Positions 20,517 through 31,063 are shown, counted from the stretch's first letter. The stretch is DNA of 64,000 bases from an uncultured delta proteobacterium (GCA_963845145.1 CAWJQU010000002.1:288001-352000), one strand, 5' to 3'. A program made the numbers and translations. Notes: a model not told the origin generated them from the sequence alone.

Positions 20517-20945
20517 TCAAAAAGCTATCGATGTAAACGACCGCTCATCATAAAACCGGTCGATAATACAGTTGAATCCATATGCCAAACAAATAGACCG
20601 GGCTTTGGTCTCGGAAAACCAAGATAGGCGCTGACCTTCGGTTAAATGAATGCGCTGGATGTCGAAATTGGCGGGTTTTATAAACGTATATTCGATACGG
20701 TCTGAAAATTCAGTGCGTGCAAACAGACGGTGCCCGACAAGGTCAAGCCCTATTTCTTCTTTCATTTCACGAACAATACATTCAAAGGGTGTCTCGTCCG
20801 GTTCCACGTGTCCTCCGGGAAGGTCCCACATACCCGGATAGGGGATAGTCGGAATATCATCACGTAAAAGGAGCAACACCTCCCGAAGTTCATTGAAAAA
20901 AATGATACTGCAACCACGAGGGTTTGGTTTTAACGAGGCGATCAT
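20517..20945 (-). CDS. NUDIX hydrolase
   Basis: LRDD.PTIPYPGMWDLPGG; Nudix box GHVEPDETPFECIVREMKEEIG. Confidence 0.93.
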   Translation of the reverse strand: MIASLKPNPRGCSIIFFNELREVLLLLRDDIPTIPYPGMWDLPGGHVEPDETPFECIVREMKEEIGLDLVGHRLFARTEFSDRIEYTFIKPANFDIQRIHLTEGQRLSWFSETKARSICLAYGFNCIIDRFYDERSFTSIAF

Positions 20946-22751
20946 TTCAATAAAAACAATGTAACGAAGCGGGCGTCGATATTCTCAGGCGCTACCCTCC
21001 CCAACTCACTTTCAATTTCAGAAAACAGCTCATCCAGAGAGGGTCCGATTTGGGCCATGATCTTGGTTTCGGAAAACCCGCTTTGGCTGATCAGCCAGTT
21101 TAGAAAAGATTGTTTGGCGCTGAAACGAATGGTCATCACGTCGTTCGCTGGGTTTCTATTGCTTGATTTAGCCGTTTGTGTGGATATTCGGGATTGAAAC
21201 AGTTTTTCGGCGTGAAACGCGCGGAAAAGAGATGTCTCTATAGGCGACACTTTACGGGACAGACCGAGGCAGTCCCTGACCCAAAGCGTCAGCATTAAAT
21301 TTTTGTAAGTCAGGAAAACATCTACCGTCTGTTGCACCTCTAAATCGATACCCAATTGGCGTAAAAAAGTATCCATAGCTATCAACCGATCCAAGGCTGC
21401 ATCCGTTTGGACGATATCATCCATGGCGGCAAATTCGCGGTAACGCGGAGCATGTAAGGCTTTATCAAAAAAGAGCGGCTTTTTTATCAACAGGCCGCCC
21501 AACACGCCCATCCACACCTCACCTAAAAACGTTAATGTCAAACCCTGCTCCCGCAGCCAGCTTTCGTGAAACCATCGGTCCGTTCTCCATTTTATACGCA
21601 GGGCATATCCGAAGCCGAGTTGAAACACGTTGGGTAACGAATAATGGGCCAGCATAGCGGCCGATTTGAATTTTTCTTGAATCTTTTTTTGAATCCGGGC
21701 TTGGGTCTCCGATGTCTGCCGCCAGGGCAGCCAGGCCAATCCGAATGTATCCACATGCTTTTTGGACGGCCTGCTTCAAATCCACCCGGTCCCTAACCAA
21801 CTTTTGGTCGGCCACGATCAACCGATTGGCCAGGCCGGCCAATTCCATCTCCGCGCTTAGACGTTTTGGTTCGGAATCAATTTTTTCAAGGGCTTTAATC
21901 ACCGGGTCCTGCCCATCCGCCAATCGAGTGGTAAAATGCATTACCGGCTGCCGTGTACCCACTGAAGGTCGAAATTCCCTATGAGAGGCGGTCCGGTTTT
22001 TAAGGTCTTGAACCGTCAACGACTGGTAGATGCCTACCGCCTCGTCAAAGGGAAGAAACCCATTTTCCGCCATACGGATATTCCGTTGCCGATAGGCCTC
22101 TTCCTCCACTTCGGCCGGAATCACGTGTATGGCTTCCAAAAGAATCTGGTGAAAACGAACAGTATCCTCATCGGCCAAATGGTTTAACAAGTCATTAATC
22201 AACCGTTGGCGCATTTGACCAAAAGCGTGCTTGCCAGCTTCGTCACCCTCTGAGAGCCTATCCGCCGGATGGTCCAAAATATTAATATAGAACATGCCAT
22301 CCAAGGTAAAAAACCCATCCCCAAAGTCAGAAGGGTCCTGGTCGTGTTCCCGTAGAACAACCTTAATATTTTTAAAAAGGTAGAATTCGAAAAATTCAAT
22401 CTTGTCGTTTCCAACCCAATGGGTCATCCGCGTCGGGTCCGCTAAAAGTAGAAGGTGTGCCCAATATGTTATGGCGTCAAGATCCATACGGTCCCGATGC
22501 CACCCTTCTACATCCAAAAAGTATTCCCACTGCCGATTGGATGCCAGCTTTAAAATCGGAAGGGCGCTCTCCAACCCAATGTCGTGGACCAGAAGATGCA
22601 GGTCCTGGGCGGGAAAGGAGTGCACCAAAGCGGCCGGTTCGCCCGCCGAAAGGATTCGATCCAGGGCTTTTTCAGCAGGTAATGTCGCCATCTCTTTGCG
22701 TATGTCTGCCATACGACGGAGCTTTATAGTCAGATTTTTATTACGATTCAT
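20942..22751 (-). CDS. DUF6178-like protein, split by one frameshift
   Basis: ORFs 21519-22751 and 20942-21754 overlap in different frames; A7 run at 21684-21690 is the likely site; family name from recall. Confidence 0.7.
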
Positions 22752-22778
22752 GCTACCTTTTTAACCCTGATCATTTGA

Positions 22779-24068
22779 TCAATCAAAGTTATTATCCATT
22801 TCGGTTGATCGCCACGGCGCAAATTTTATCAATAAAAGCATGCCTGGAATCGCCAGTAAGGCACAGGCAATAAAAAAACCTTCCCAGCCAATATGTTTAG
22901 CCAAAAAACCGGTTGGGGCTGACGCAAATACTCGAGGAATACCCATTAAACTTGTTAAAAGCGCATATTGCGTCGCAGTAAATTTTTTGTTGGTAATACT
23001 GGCCATAAAGGCGGCAAAGGCGGCCGTCCCCATACCGCTGCTCAAATTCTCAAACCCGATCACTCCCGCCAGGACAGCTTGGTTGGGGCCGCTTTGGGCC
23101 AAAATCGCAAAGCAGGCGGTGGAAAGCGCCTGGAGAACCCCGAATATCCACAATGATTTGTTGATCTTTAAGCGCAACATAAGGATGCCGCCGCCCAACC
23201 CGCCAATAATGGTCGCCCAGAATCCAAACAACTTCACGACCGCGCCGATCTCGGTTTTGGTGAAACCAACTTCAAGATAAAACGGCAGGGTCATGGCGCT
23301 CGCCATGGTGTCCCCAATTTTGTAGAAGAGGATAAACACCAGCATCCAAATGGCACCAGATCGGCTAAAATACTCAACCAGCGGCTTTACAACGGCTTCA
23401 GCGAGTGTTTTTGGGGTTCCTTGCGCCGCTATAGGTTCCGGGGTTAAAATAGTCGTGATCATTCCGGGAAGCATGCAGGCCGCTAAGATCATGTAAACCG
23501 ATTGAAACGACATGTGATCAGCCATGATCAGACCGCCGCCGGAAGCAAGCAACATGCCTAACCGGTACCCGTTGATATAAAAGGAGGATCCGAGCCCTAA
23601 CTCCTCATCTTTCAAATCTTCACGACGATAGGCGTCGACCACGATATCCTGGGAGGCACTAAAAAATGTCACCAAGAAGGCCGCGATAGCCACGCCCCAG
23701 GGGTTGACACCTGGATGGGTCAGTCCCAATCCGATGATGGTGCCCACCAATGCCAATTGGGCGAATAGAAGCCAGCCGCGTCGACGACCCAAGAGTGGGA
23801 CCTTAAAACGATCAAGCACCGGTGCCCATAAAAACTTGAGGGTGTAAGGCAGGCCCACCAACGACATCATACCGATGACGGTAAGGTCGACCCCCTCTTC
23901 TTTCATCCAGGCCTGGAGTACAGAAAGCGTTAACAGTAGTGGCAGGCCACAGGAGAACCCCATGACAAATGCGACCAGCATTCGCCGACTCGCAATGACC
24001 CGCCAGATAGACAATCCGGATTCAGTTTTGTTTGGTGATTGGCCTGCCTGAGAGTCAGGCCGCGTCAT
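22779..24068 (-). CDS. ampG: AmpG-family muropeptide MFS transporter
   Basis: GFSCGLP, PYTLKFLWAP.LDR, GRRRGW, SASQDIVVDAYR, ATQYALLTSL. Confidence 0.93.
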   Translation of the reverse strand: MTRPDSQAGQSPNKTESGLSIWRVIASRRMLVAFVMGFSCGLPLLLTLSVLQAWMKEEGVDLTVIGMMSLVGLPYTLKFLWAPVLDRFKVPLLGRRRGWLLFAQLALVGTIIGLGLTHPGVNPWGVAIAAFLVTFFSASQDIVVDAYRREDLKDEELGLGSSFYINGYRLGMLLASGGGLIMADHMSFQSVYMILAACMLPGMITTILTPEPIAAQGTPKTLAEAVVKPLVEYFSRSGAIWMLVFILFYKIGDTMASAMTLPFYLEVGFTKTEIGAVVKLFGFWATIIGGLGGGILMLRLKINKSLWIFGVLQALSTACFAILAQSGPNQAVLAGVIGFENLSSGMGTAAFAAFMASITNKKFTATQYALLTSLMGIPRVFASAPTGFLAKHIGWEGFFIACALLAIPGMLLLIKFAPWRSTEMDNNFD

Positions 24069-26034
24069 CCGGCGTCCCTGCAACCAACCGATCCGGTGGT
24101 ACGATGGGACCGTATTTATCTTTGAGGACCATTAAACCGTCTCGTTGTTCGCGTAGCACTTTAAACAGCCTCGGTGGTGTATCGGCATTTTGGCCGTAGG
24201 CTTCGGTTTGAAGATCGATACGGGCGATGATGTTTTCCAGATATAACGAGAACTGCTTTTCATAGAGGGTTTCCGGATAGGCCTTGTCGATAATTTTACC
24301 GAAAAGCGATTTTAAGTCTTCGTACCGGGGAAGATACCCGATGGGCGTGTCGATGACGTCGACTTCCTGATGGGATAATCGTTCTAACCAGGCCAGCCAG
24401 ACACGTACGTCCCGTTTTTCGCCGAGCAGCTTACTACCGCTGCCCCCTCTGGCCGAGTGGGTTAAAAAGTAGTTCAAACCGGCCAATAGGGGTTGCTTCT
24501 CCGCGGCAATGTCGGGGTGATTAAAGAATTCGAACTGGGCATCCATATAATCGGCCAGCGAACCCGGAATAAAGGGCGCATTGGCCCAGGGTGCCCGGCG
24601 TACACCGGTGGCTCCCACTTCTGTAGCCGTGGCGGCTGAAACGATACAAGCGCCGATAGTCACACCCTGATCGGGGGTTTTGGCGACCCACACCGGCGGC
24701 ATGGTGTCACTGTCTCGACCACTATAGGTGATGATGCGCGTTTCCACACCACTGCTGCTTTCAGCCAGATCGGAATAGTTGGACAAGGCCTTGGATGAGA
24801 TCGTACAGCGTGAATTGGGATGGGAGATCAGAACCGCCTGGCCATTTTCGTCCGTCATACCTTTATGCCACTCGCCTTGAAAATTAAATCCTTTTTCCGG
24901 CTCCGGCTCGCCATTACCGCTCCAATGGGGAACGCCATTTTCGTCGATGAGCACATTGGACCAGATCACTTCCGTGCCAGGCTTTCGCAGACACTCCATT
25001 AACCGGGGGTCTCCTTCCCAGTTGACATCGGCGACAATCCCGAAAATACCGCATTCCGGATTGATCGATCGAATGGATCCGTCGGGCGCACGCCACATTT
25101 GGGCCAGATCATCGCCAACAAAATGGTCTCCCGCCATGGCGGTAGTCGTTTTACCACATCCGCTGGGAGCGGCGCCGGTGGCCCAGGTAACCCTTCCTCC
25201 GGGGCCTTCGATACCTGTGATAAACATATGTTCGGATAACTCATTGCCCCGATTTTCATATACGGCTTTATCAACGGAGAAACGATGGTTGCCCTTCTTC
25301 AATAAAAGCGTATTGCCGGCGTAGGTACAATTAAAGCTATACGTCGTGCGGTGGCTTCGATCCATGAAAACCCGCGCATTGGGCAGATCCTCAGATCGGT
25401 TTAACCCTTCACTGTGAATGTTAGTGTAAAAATGGCCAATCTGATCCACTTCGTCATCAAAGACTTCATAACAGTTACGGTAAAGGATTTCGGCACTGTG
25501 GCACACATAGGCCGAACTGGTGATCTCCAGAGCCGGATTGGAAACCGGTGCTCCGATGGGGCCTCGAATGTAAAATCCCACCACCATGACCTTGCCTTCC
25601 ATGATACCACTCATTCGCTCCGTCACCGTTTCCACAGCCTTGGACCGATCCAGCTGATTGGCTAAAGAACTGATCTTTTCCCCTTCATTGGCAATATAAA
25701 AGGTTCTGTCGATGATTCTGCCTTGTTCCTCTTTTAAATCGTAGTGAATGGTATGCCCTTCCATGGAAAGGGATTTTTCTTCCTGTTTTTCTAAGGCCAA
25801 GTTGCGAATAAAGTTGCGGTCGTCGTTGGAGCCGGTGTTAATGAAGATGCTTTTCGGCCGGCACATGGCGGCGGCATTGGCGATCTTTAGCACCGCTGGG
25901 CCGGTCCTAATCTTTGCGACACGGGATAGCTGAATATCATCCATCTTCGTTTTTAAAAAAGCCACGGCATCTTCTACCGTGGTAAATCCTCCAACGTTCG
26001 TGACTATATCCACACCTTTTCCGATTTCCAACAT
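24055..26034 (-). CDS. pckG: Phosphoenolpyruvate carboxykinase (GTP)
   Basis: YAGNTLLLKK, LSEHMFI, P-loop APSGCGKT, VGDD, NPECG.FG, HPNSR. Confidence 0.93.
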   Translation of the reverse strand: MLEIGKGVDIVTNVGGFTTVEDAVAFLKTKMDDIQLSRVAKIRTGPAVLKIANAAAMCRPKSIFINTGSNDDRNFIRNLALEKQEEKSLSMEGHTIHYDLKEEQGRIIDRTFYIANEGEKISSLANQLDRSKAVETVTERMSGIMEGKVMVVGFYIRGPIGAPVSNPALEITSSAYVCHSAEILYRNCYEVFDDEVDQIGHFYTNIHSEGLNRSEDLPNARVFMDRSHRTTYSFNCTYAGNTLLLKKGNHRFSVDKAVYENRGNELSEHMFITGIEGPGGRVTWATGAAPSGCGKTTTAMAGDHFVGDDLAQMWRAPDGSIRSINPECGIFGIVADVNWEGDPRLMECLRKPGTEVIWSNVLIDENGVPHWSGNGEPEPEKGFNFQGEWHKGMTDENGQAVLISHPNSRCTISSKALSNYSDLAESSSGVETRIITYSGRDSDTMPPVWVAKTPDQGVTIGACIVSAATATEVGATGVRRAPWANAPFIPGSLADYMDAQFEFFNHPDIAAEKQPLLAGLNYFLTHSARGGSGSKLLGEKRDVRVWLAWLERLSHQEVDVIDTPIGYLPRYEDLKSLFGKIIDKAYPETLYEKQFSLYLENIIARIDLQTEAYGQNADTPPRLFKVLREQRDGLMVLKDKYGPIVPPDRLVAGTPDDAA

Positions 26035-26130
26035 AAGCCCTCTCCTTTTCGAATTAAACCAAAACCAGAACCGGAATAACCGATACCGGAAAAACCATTA
26101 ATAGATCAATTGATCAGGAAAACCTTAACG

Positions 26131-26709
26131 CTACCCTGTTTGAAGCAAGATGTCCTTTAAATCGCGTTTGGGGACATGATGGACACTTTTTTCATCCCGC
26201 CAGTAACGAACGTCACCATCGGGCAAAACCGCATCAATAACAACGGTTTCTCGGGGCTCTCCCAAAGCGATGACCAAAAGGATTTCATAACGGTCATCGA
26301 TATCGAATATTTTTTGAATGCGTTTGCGATTGATCGTGGCAATCATACAACCGGCCAGGCCCTTTTCACGCGCCCCAAGCAAAATGCTCTGGGCGGCTAT
26401 ACCGTGATCAACCCCAAAATCGGTCGATATGTGGGTATCACCCAAAATGATGATATATCCTGCCGGACGCTCACCCTCTTCCGGGCCGGTCCAGTCTTTT
26501 ATTTGCGCCGCCCACCCCAGACAGGGATATATAGTCTCATTTACAGCGGGGTCATCGGCCAGAATGTAAACCAGGGGTTGCCGATTGGCGCCCGACGCCG
26601 ATAGTCGGGCCAGGTTGACCAGGTCTTTTAACACATTCCGGTCCAGAGCCCGATTCTGATAAAAGCGGCGGCAACTGCGATTCTTTCGAATCAGATTTTC
26701 AATCATCAT
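26131..26709 (-). CDS. Nitroreductase family protein
   Basis: RSCRRF, ARLSASGANRQP, DHGIAAQSILLGA.EKGL, VPKR. Confidence 0.92.
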   Translation of the reverse strand: MMIENLIRKNRSCRRFYQNRALDRNVLKDLVNLARLSASGANRQPLVYILADDPAVNETIYPCLGWAAQIKDWTGPEEGERPAGYIIILGDTHISTDFGVDHGIAAQSILLGAREKGLAGCMIATINRKRIQKIFDIDDRYEILLVIALGEPRETVVIDAVLPDGDVRYWRDEKSVHHVPKRDLKDILLQTG

Positions 26710-27359
26710 CACTCTCCCTGCCAGCAAATTTTATCATCAACCGGCATATGTATTCGAATCCAGGATAGCACTTTTTCAAATTCAGATTTAAGCTCCGAAA
26801 GCGCCCTACCGCGATGGCTGATCCGGCTTTTTTCTTCAAGGGTTAGCTGAGCGAAGGTTTTCTTAAGCGAGGGCAAATAAAAAATGGGGTCGTAACCAAA
26901 GCCGCTGTCTCCGGTCGGTGCCTGTGCAATCAGGCCTTCGCAGCGGGCTTCATAGGTAAGTGCCGGGCCGGCGGGAACGGCAATGGAGATGACGCATTCA
27001 AAAGCCGCTTTTCGATCTTTTTTGCCATCCATGGCCTTTAAAAGTCGGGCGGTTCGCTCCTCGTCAGTGAGTCCCTCGCCCCCGTATCGGGCCGAATGCA
27101 CACCGGGCCGGCCGTCCAACGCCGCAACGCACAAACCGGAGTCATCCGCCAGGGCCGGCAGACCGGTTACACGGGCCGTTTGGCTCGCCTTTTTATATGC
27201 ATTTTCTTCAAAGGTAGCGCCATCTTCAATGACTTCGGGCAACGAGCCGAAATCACTTAAACATTTAATCCGGACCGGAAAGCCATTTAACATGTCTTGA
27301 ATTTCGGCAATTTTGCCATGGTTACCGGTGGCTAAAATCAGGGTCGTCAGTTGGTTCAC
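26709..27359 (-). CDS. rdgB: Non-canonical purine NTP pyrophosphatase (XTP/dITP)
   Basis: ATGN.GK, ENA..KA, ADDSGL, PGVHSARY, GFGYDP, ISHR. Confidence 0.95.
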   Translation of the reverse strand: MNQLTTLILATGNHGKIAEIQDMLNGFPVRIKCLSDFGSLPEVIEDGATFEENAYKKASQTARVTGLPALADDSGLCVAALDGRPGVHSARYGGEGLTDEERTARLLKAMDGKKDRKAAFECVISIAVPAGPALTYEARCEGLIAQAPTGDSGFGYDPIFYLPSLKKTFAQLTLEEKSRISHRGRALSELKSEFEKVLSWIRIHMPVDDKICWQGE

Positions 27360-27525
27360 AACACTCCACGGTTTCGGAGAAATGGTGTTGGGATATCAAA
27401 TCTTCCTTTGCTTATCCTGTTTAAAAAAAGATATAATCCATACCATTCGCCTTGTAAAGCGCTTTACCCCGTTGCCGGTTTTGTTATATTGAAAAAGATT
27501 GAATTTCGTAGCGGAGATTGAATAC

Positions 27526-27708
27526 ATGATTAAATCCGAAACGTGTCTGCAGGATGCATTCGCCAAAGTTTCAGATTATATTGCCCGGACTACCGGGACA
27601 GCAGCCACCCAAGAAGAAATGGCCGATGCCTTAGGACGCTATTTTGTCCTTCAGGAGATCAAGGAGCATATCGAGATGCGACGGGATGGGTTTATGGAGG
27701 ACGAATGA
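27526..27708 (+). CDS. Small hypothetical helical protein (60 aa)
   Basis: GGAG RBS; plausible amphipathic helices. Confidence 0.65.
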   Translation: MIKSETCLQDAFAKVSDYIARTTGTAATQEEMADALGRYFVLQEIKEHIEMRRDGFMEDE

Positions 27709-27885
27709 CTACAGGACAGGCGACCGTTTTGGGCCCAATCGTTGTTTCCCAATCTTTGTTCTGGGTTAACCGAGAGTCTAATGTGTGTTGCTTGGATATT
27801 TCGAACCAACGCACCCGGAAACAAGCAATTCTTTTAGACGCCAAAGATCCCTTAAAAGCCTTCTTGGGAGTCATTTTCGCCCCCT

Positions 27886-27963
27886 CTAAACATGACGGGC
27901 CACTCGAACCATTCGAGCGGCCCATCAAAGGAGGAAAAAAGATGAAGAAATATTGAGGTCTGA
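27886..27963 (-). ncRNA. Candidate sigma54-dependent small RNA with an anti-SD tract
   Basis: Follows a sigma54 motif; AUAUUUCUUCAUCUUUUUUCCUCCUUUG then a 16-bp hairpin that pairs fully only on the minus strand (two G-U pairs), then UGUUU. Confidence 0.55.
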
Positions 27964-27973
27964 CATTGATTCA

Positions 27974-27989
27974 TGCAATCACCTTGCCA
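27974..27989 (-). promoter_or_regulatory. sigma54 -24/-12 promoter
   Basis: TGGCAAGGTGATTGCA, close to consensus TGGCAC-N5-TTGCA. Confidence 0.7.
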
Positions 27990-28197
27990 AGTCCGACCAT
28001 TATTTCCAAAAACTTTCTTTGTATTTGTTTTTATCAATTATACTAAATAGTTATTTTCTTTCACGAACCACAAAAGCGTACCTGCGGATACGGCAAACAC
28101 CGGTCGAAGCATCAAAATTCGTTCTAAATAATTAACCCGTTTTCACGTAAAGCCCGTATCTTATTGATATTAATACAGAATTGGTAGTTCATATTAA

Positions 28198-28320
28198 GTT
28201 CAAAATTGTGAACCCCAGCATGGCTTTTACCCGAAAAATGGCTAACTATTTGATATAATATTATAATTATAATGTTCAAAATTGTGAACGCTTGGGAAAT
28301 AATTTTCACAAAGTGTGAAC
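28198..28320. promoter_or_regulatory. Repeated near-palindromic operator boxes
   Basis: GTTCAAAATTGTGAAC exact at 28198 and 28274; variant TTCACAAAGTGTGAAC at 28305. Confidence 0.65.
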
Positions 28321-28400
28321 CTCGACAGTGACCTTAGCTTCATTTATAATAACCCTTCCGGAGAAACCATTGCCTTTCATTGGCGATCGATTGGGAAATC

Positions 28401-28892
28401 ATGAACAACCGGCTCTATCCTACCCAACCTCAACTTGCCGTCGGTGCTGTTGTCTTTAATGAAAACAAGGTTCTACTGGTTCATCGGCGAAACCCGCCCG
28501 GCCAGGGTGTCTGGGCCATACCCGGTGGCAGGGTCCGCTTGGGTGAAACACTTCAACAAGCTGCAGAGCGGGAGATCTTTGAAGAGACCGGGGTTGTGAT
28601 CGGGGCCAAAGAACCGATATTTACTTTTGACATGATTGATCGGGATAAAACCGGGCGCCCCCGTTACCACTATGTCATTATCGATCTTAGGGCCACATAT
28701 TTGAGCGGCAGACTTGTCGCCGGCGATGACGCCCGGGCGGCAAAATGGGTTTCGGAAAAAGAGCTGGCAACGCTTAACGTTAACGAGACGACCCTCCGGC
28801 TGCTCTACGACCGATTTAGGTTCGGGCGCCAGCCAGTTGCCTCCCAGACTTTACCTTTACCGCCGAACCAGAAATCGGTGCCTACGGAATGA
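28401..28892 (+). CDS. NUDIX hydrolase (ADP-ribose pyrophosphatase-like)
   Basis: P.LAVGAVV, WAIPGG.V.LGETL.QAAEREIFEETG, AGDDA. Confidence 0.92.
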   Translation: MNNRLYPTQPQLAVGAVVFNENKVLLVHRRNPPGQGVWAIPGGRVRLGETLQQAAEREIFEETGVVIGAKEPIFTFDMIDRDKTGRPRYHYVIIDLRATYLSGRLVAGDDARAAKWVSEKELATLNVNETTLRLLYDRFRFGRQPVASQTLPLPPNQKSVPTE

Positions 28893-28900
28893 ACAAATAG

Positions 28901-29569
28901 ATGCGATTACTACTTATTGAAGACGATACTAAAATCGCTTTATTTATCGAGAAAGGGCTAAAAGCGGCCGGCTTTGCCGTGGACTGCGCGTCCACAGGCC
29001 CCGATGGCCTTCACTTGGCGCTGTCCGAGCCCTACGACGCGGCCATTATCGACCTTATGCTCCCCGGCCTTGACGGTCTGACGGTCATCAGGCGCATCCG
29101 CCAGGCAAAAGTCAATACGCCAGTCATTATTTTAAGTGCCAAAGCCTCGATTGATGACAGGGTCCGCGGCCTGCAGGCTGGTGGAGACGATTATTTAACC
29201 AAGCCGTTTTCATTTTCCGAGCTTCTTGCGCGCATCCAGGCCCTTTTGCGCCGGGCCAACGGCACTGCCGAGCCGACCCGCCTGCAAGTTGGCGATCTGG
29301 CTATGGACCTGATCACCCGCGAGGTGGTTCGGCAGGATCATCAAATCGACCTTCAACCCCGGGAGTTCGCCTTGCTGGAATACCTGATGCGTAATGCCGG
29401 CCGGGTCGTCTCCAAAACCATGATCATGGAGCATGTCTGGGATTACCATTTCGATCCCATGACCAATGTCGTTGAAGCCCGAATCAGTCGGCTACGCAAT
29501 AAAATCGACAGGCCGTTCACGCCAAAACGGATTCATACCATTCGGGGAGTGGGCTATGTTATTCGCTAA
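28901..29569 (+). CDS. OmpR-family response regulator (CusR/CopR-like)
   Basis: LLIEDD, DLMLP, GGDDYLTKPF, TNVVEA.ISRLR.KID, TIRGVGY. Confidence 0.93.
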   Translation: MRLLLIEDDTKIALFIEKGLKAAGFAVDCASTGPDGLHLALSEPYDAAIIDLMLPGLDGLTVIRRIRQAKVNTPVIILSAKASIDDRVRGLQAGGDDYLTKPFSFSELLARIQALLRRANGTAEPTRLQVGDLAMDLITREVVRQDHQIDLQPREFALLEYLMRNAGRVVSKTMIMEHVWDYHFDPMTNVVEARISRLRNKIDRPFTPKRIHTIRGVGYVIR

Positions 29570-31040
29570 AACGACTAAACACAGGGGGAGCCTGGCTTTC
29601 CGACTCACGTTTTGGTATGCAGCCGTGTTTGCCGTTTCTTCTGCCGTTGCCTTTCTCATATTTTATCTGTTTATCACATCGGTAATCCGAGAGCGCATCG
29701 ACCAGGATCTGTCCACTCAAGCCGGAGATTTTTCCACCCTGCTGCGGGTGAGGGGTTTGGAAGCGGTGAAACACGTGGCCATCCTGGAAGCCCAGGCCGC
29801 CGGTGAAAAAAAATATTTTGTTCGTCTGCTCCGCCTCAATGGCGAGGTATTTTCTTCCTCTAATATGTCGTATTGGCAGAACATCGGCATTCATCGCGAT
29901 GCGATTGCACAGCTCACTAAGGGTGAAACACAGGTCATCAAAACCGTTATATTGCCCAACCGTTTGGACAACATTCGCATTTTATACCGCCAAATCGGTC
30001 GCGGTATTTTTCTACAGCTTGGGCATTCAATGGAACCTTACGCCCGCTTCTACCAGGCCTTTAAAACCATTTTTATCATTACCATGGGATTGCTGGTGAT
30101 CCTATCCGCGTTAATCGGGTGGTTCATGGCCCGAAGAGCCCTGTCGGGCGTCACGGCCGTAACCCGTACCGCCCGCAGAATCGCCGATGGCGCCCTGGAG
30201 CAACGGGTTCCGGTGAAAAAGGCCGGTGACGAAATCGACCAGATGGCGGCGATGTTTAACCACATGCTGGACCGGATTCAAACCTTGGTGTCCGGTATCC
30301 GCAATATGGGTGACAACATCGCCCATGACCTGCGAAGCCCCATTACGCGCATTCGTGGCCTGGCCGAAGTCACGCTGACAACGCAACCGGATAAAAAAGC
30401 GTTCGAACAAATGGCCGCCAGTACCATTGAAGAGTGCGATGGACTGCTGGATATGATAAACGCCATGCTGTTGATTTCGCAAAGTGAGGCCGGCGCTTCG
30501 CGCATCGAGACAAACCCGGTCGACCTGACCAGGCTGTTGGCCGATGCATGCGATTTATTTCAACCGGCTGCCGAAGACGGTCGCATTTCTCTAACATGTA
30601 AATTTCCACAAATTCCCGTCTATTTAAAGGGTGACGTCCGGCTGCTTCAGCGCATGATTGCAAACCTATTGGACAATGCCATCAAATATACCCCGCCCGA
30701 CGGCACCGTGCACATGCACATGCTACATCAACAACCGACGGATGCCATACAATTAACGGTTCGTGACAGCGGTATCGGCATCGCCTCCGATGAACAGCCT
30801 TACATTTTCGATCGGTTTTACCGCGGTGATGCCAGCCGCTCCCAACCGGGGAACGGCCTGGGTTTATCCCTGGCCCGGGCCGTGGCTAAGGCCCACGGCG
30901 GAGATATCACCGTTTTTTCACATCCGGGTAAAGGTAGCAAATTTATGGTTTCGTTACCGGATAGCATCTTGTGCGACCCGCCATTGGATCCCCAGACCGC
31001 CGCTGCTTTATCAAAAGAGACCACCCGGTTAACCAGCTGA
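29556..31040 (+). CDS. HAMP sensor histidine kinase (CusS-like)
   Basis: Two TM segments, HAMP, NIAHDLRSPI, NLLDNAIKY, DSGIGI, GNGLGL. Confidence 0.92.
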   Translation: MLFAKTTKHRGSLAFRLTFWYAAVFAVSSAVAFLIFYLFITSVIRERIDQDLSTQAGDFSTLLRVRGLEAVKHVAILEAQAAGEKKYFVRLLRLNGEVFSSSNMSYWQNIGIHRDAIAQLTKGETQVIKTVILPNRLDNIRILYRQIGRGIFLQLGHSMEPYARFYQAFKTIFIITMGLLVILSALIGWFMARRALSGVTAVTRTARRIADGALEQRVPVKKAGDEIDQMAAMFNHMLDRIQTLVSGIRNMGDNIAHDLRSPITRIRGLAEVTLTTQPDKKAFEQMAASTIEECDGLLDMINAMLLISQSEAGASRIETNPVDLTRLLADACDLFQPAAEDGRISLTCKFPQIPVYLKGDVRLLQRMIANLLDNAIKYTPPDGTVHMHMLHQQPTDAIQLTVRDSGIGIASDEQPYIFDRFYRGDASRSQPGNGLGLSLARAVAKAHGGDITVFSHPGKGSKFMVSLPDSILCDPPLDPQTAAALSKETTRLTS

Positions 31041-31063
31041 TTGACTCCGAAAACTTGACAAAC

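Noticed and set aside
19436..20945. NUDIX duplicate as a DGR template/variable repeat pair
   Set aside because: Differences are not adenine-specific, include indels, and there is no reverse transcriptase in the window.
27942..28046. Plus-strand ORF with strong RBS and TGA at codon 5 as a selenoprotein
   Set aside because: No SECIS-like hairpin or redox motif recognised; the minus-strand sRNA reading explains the sequence better.
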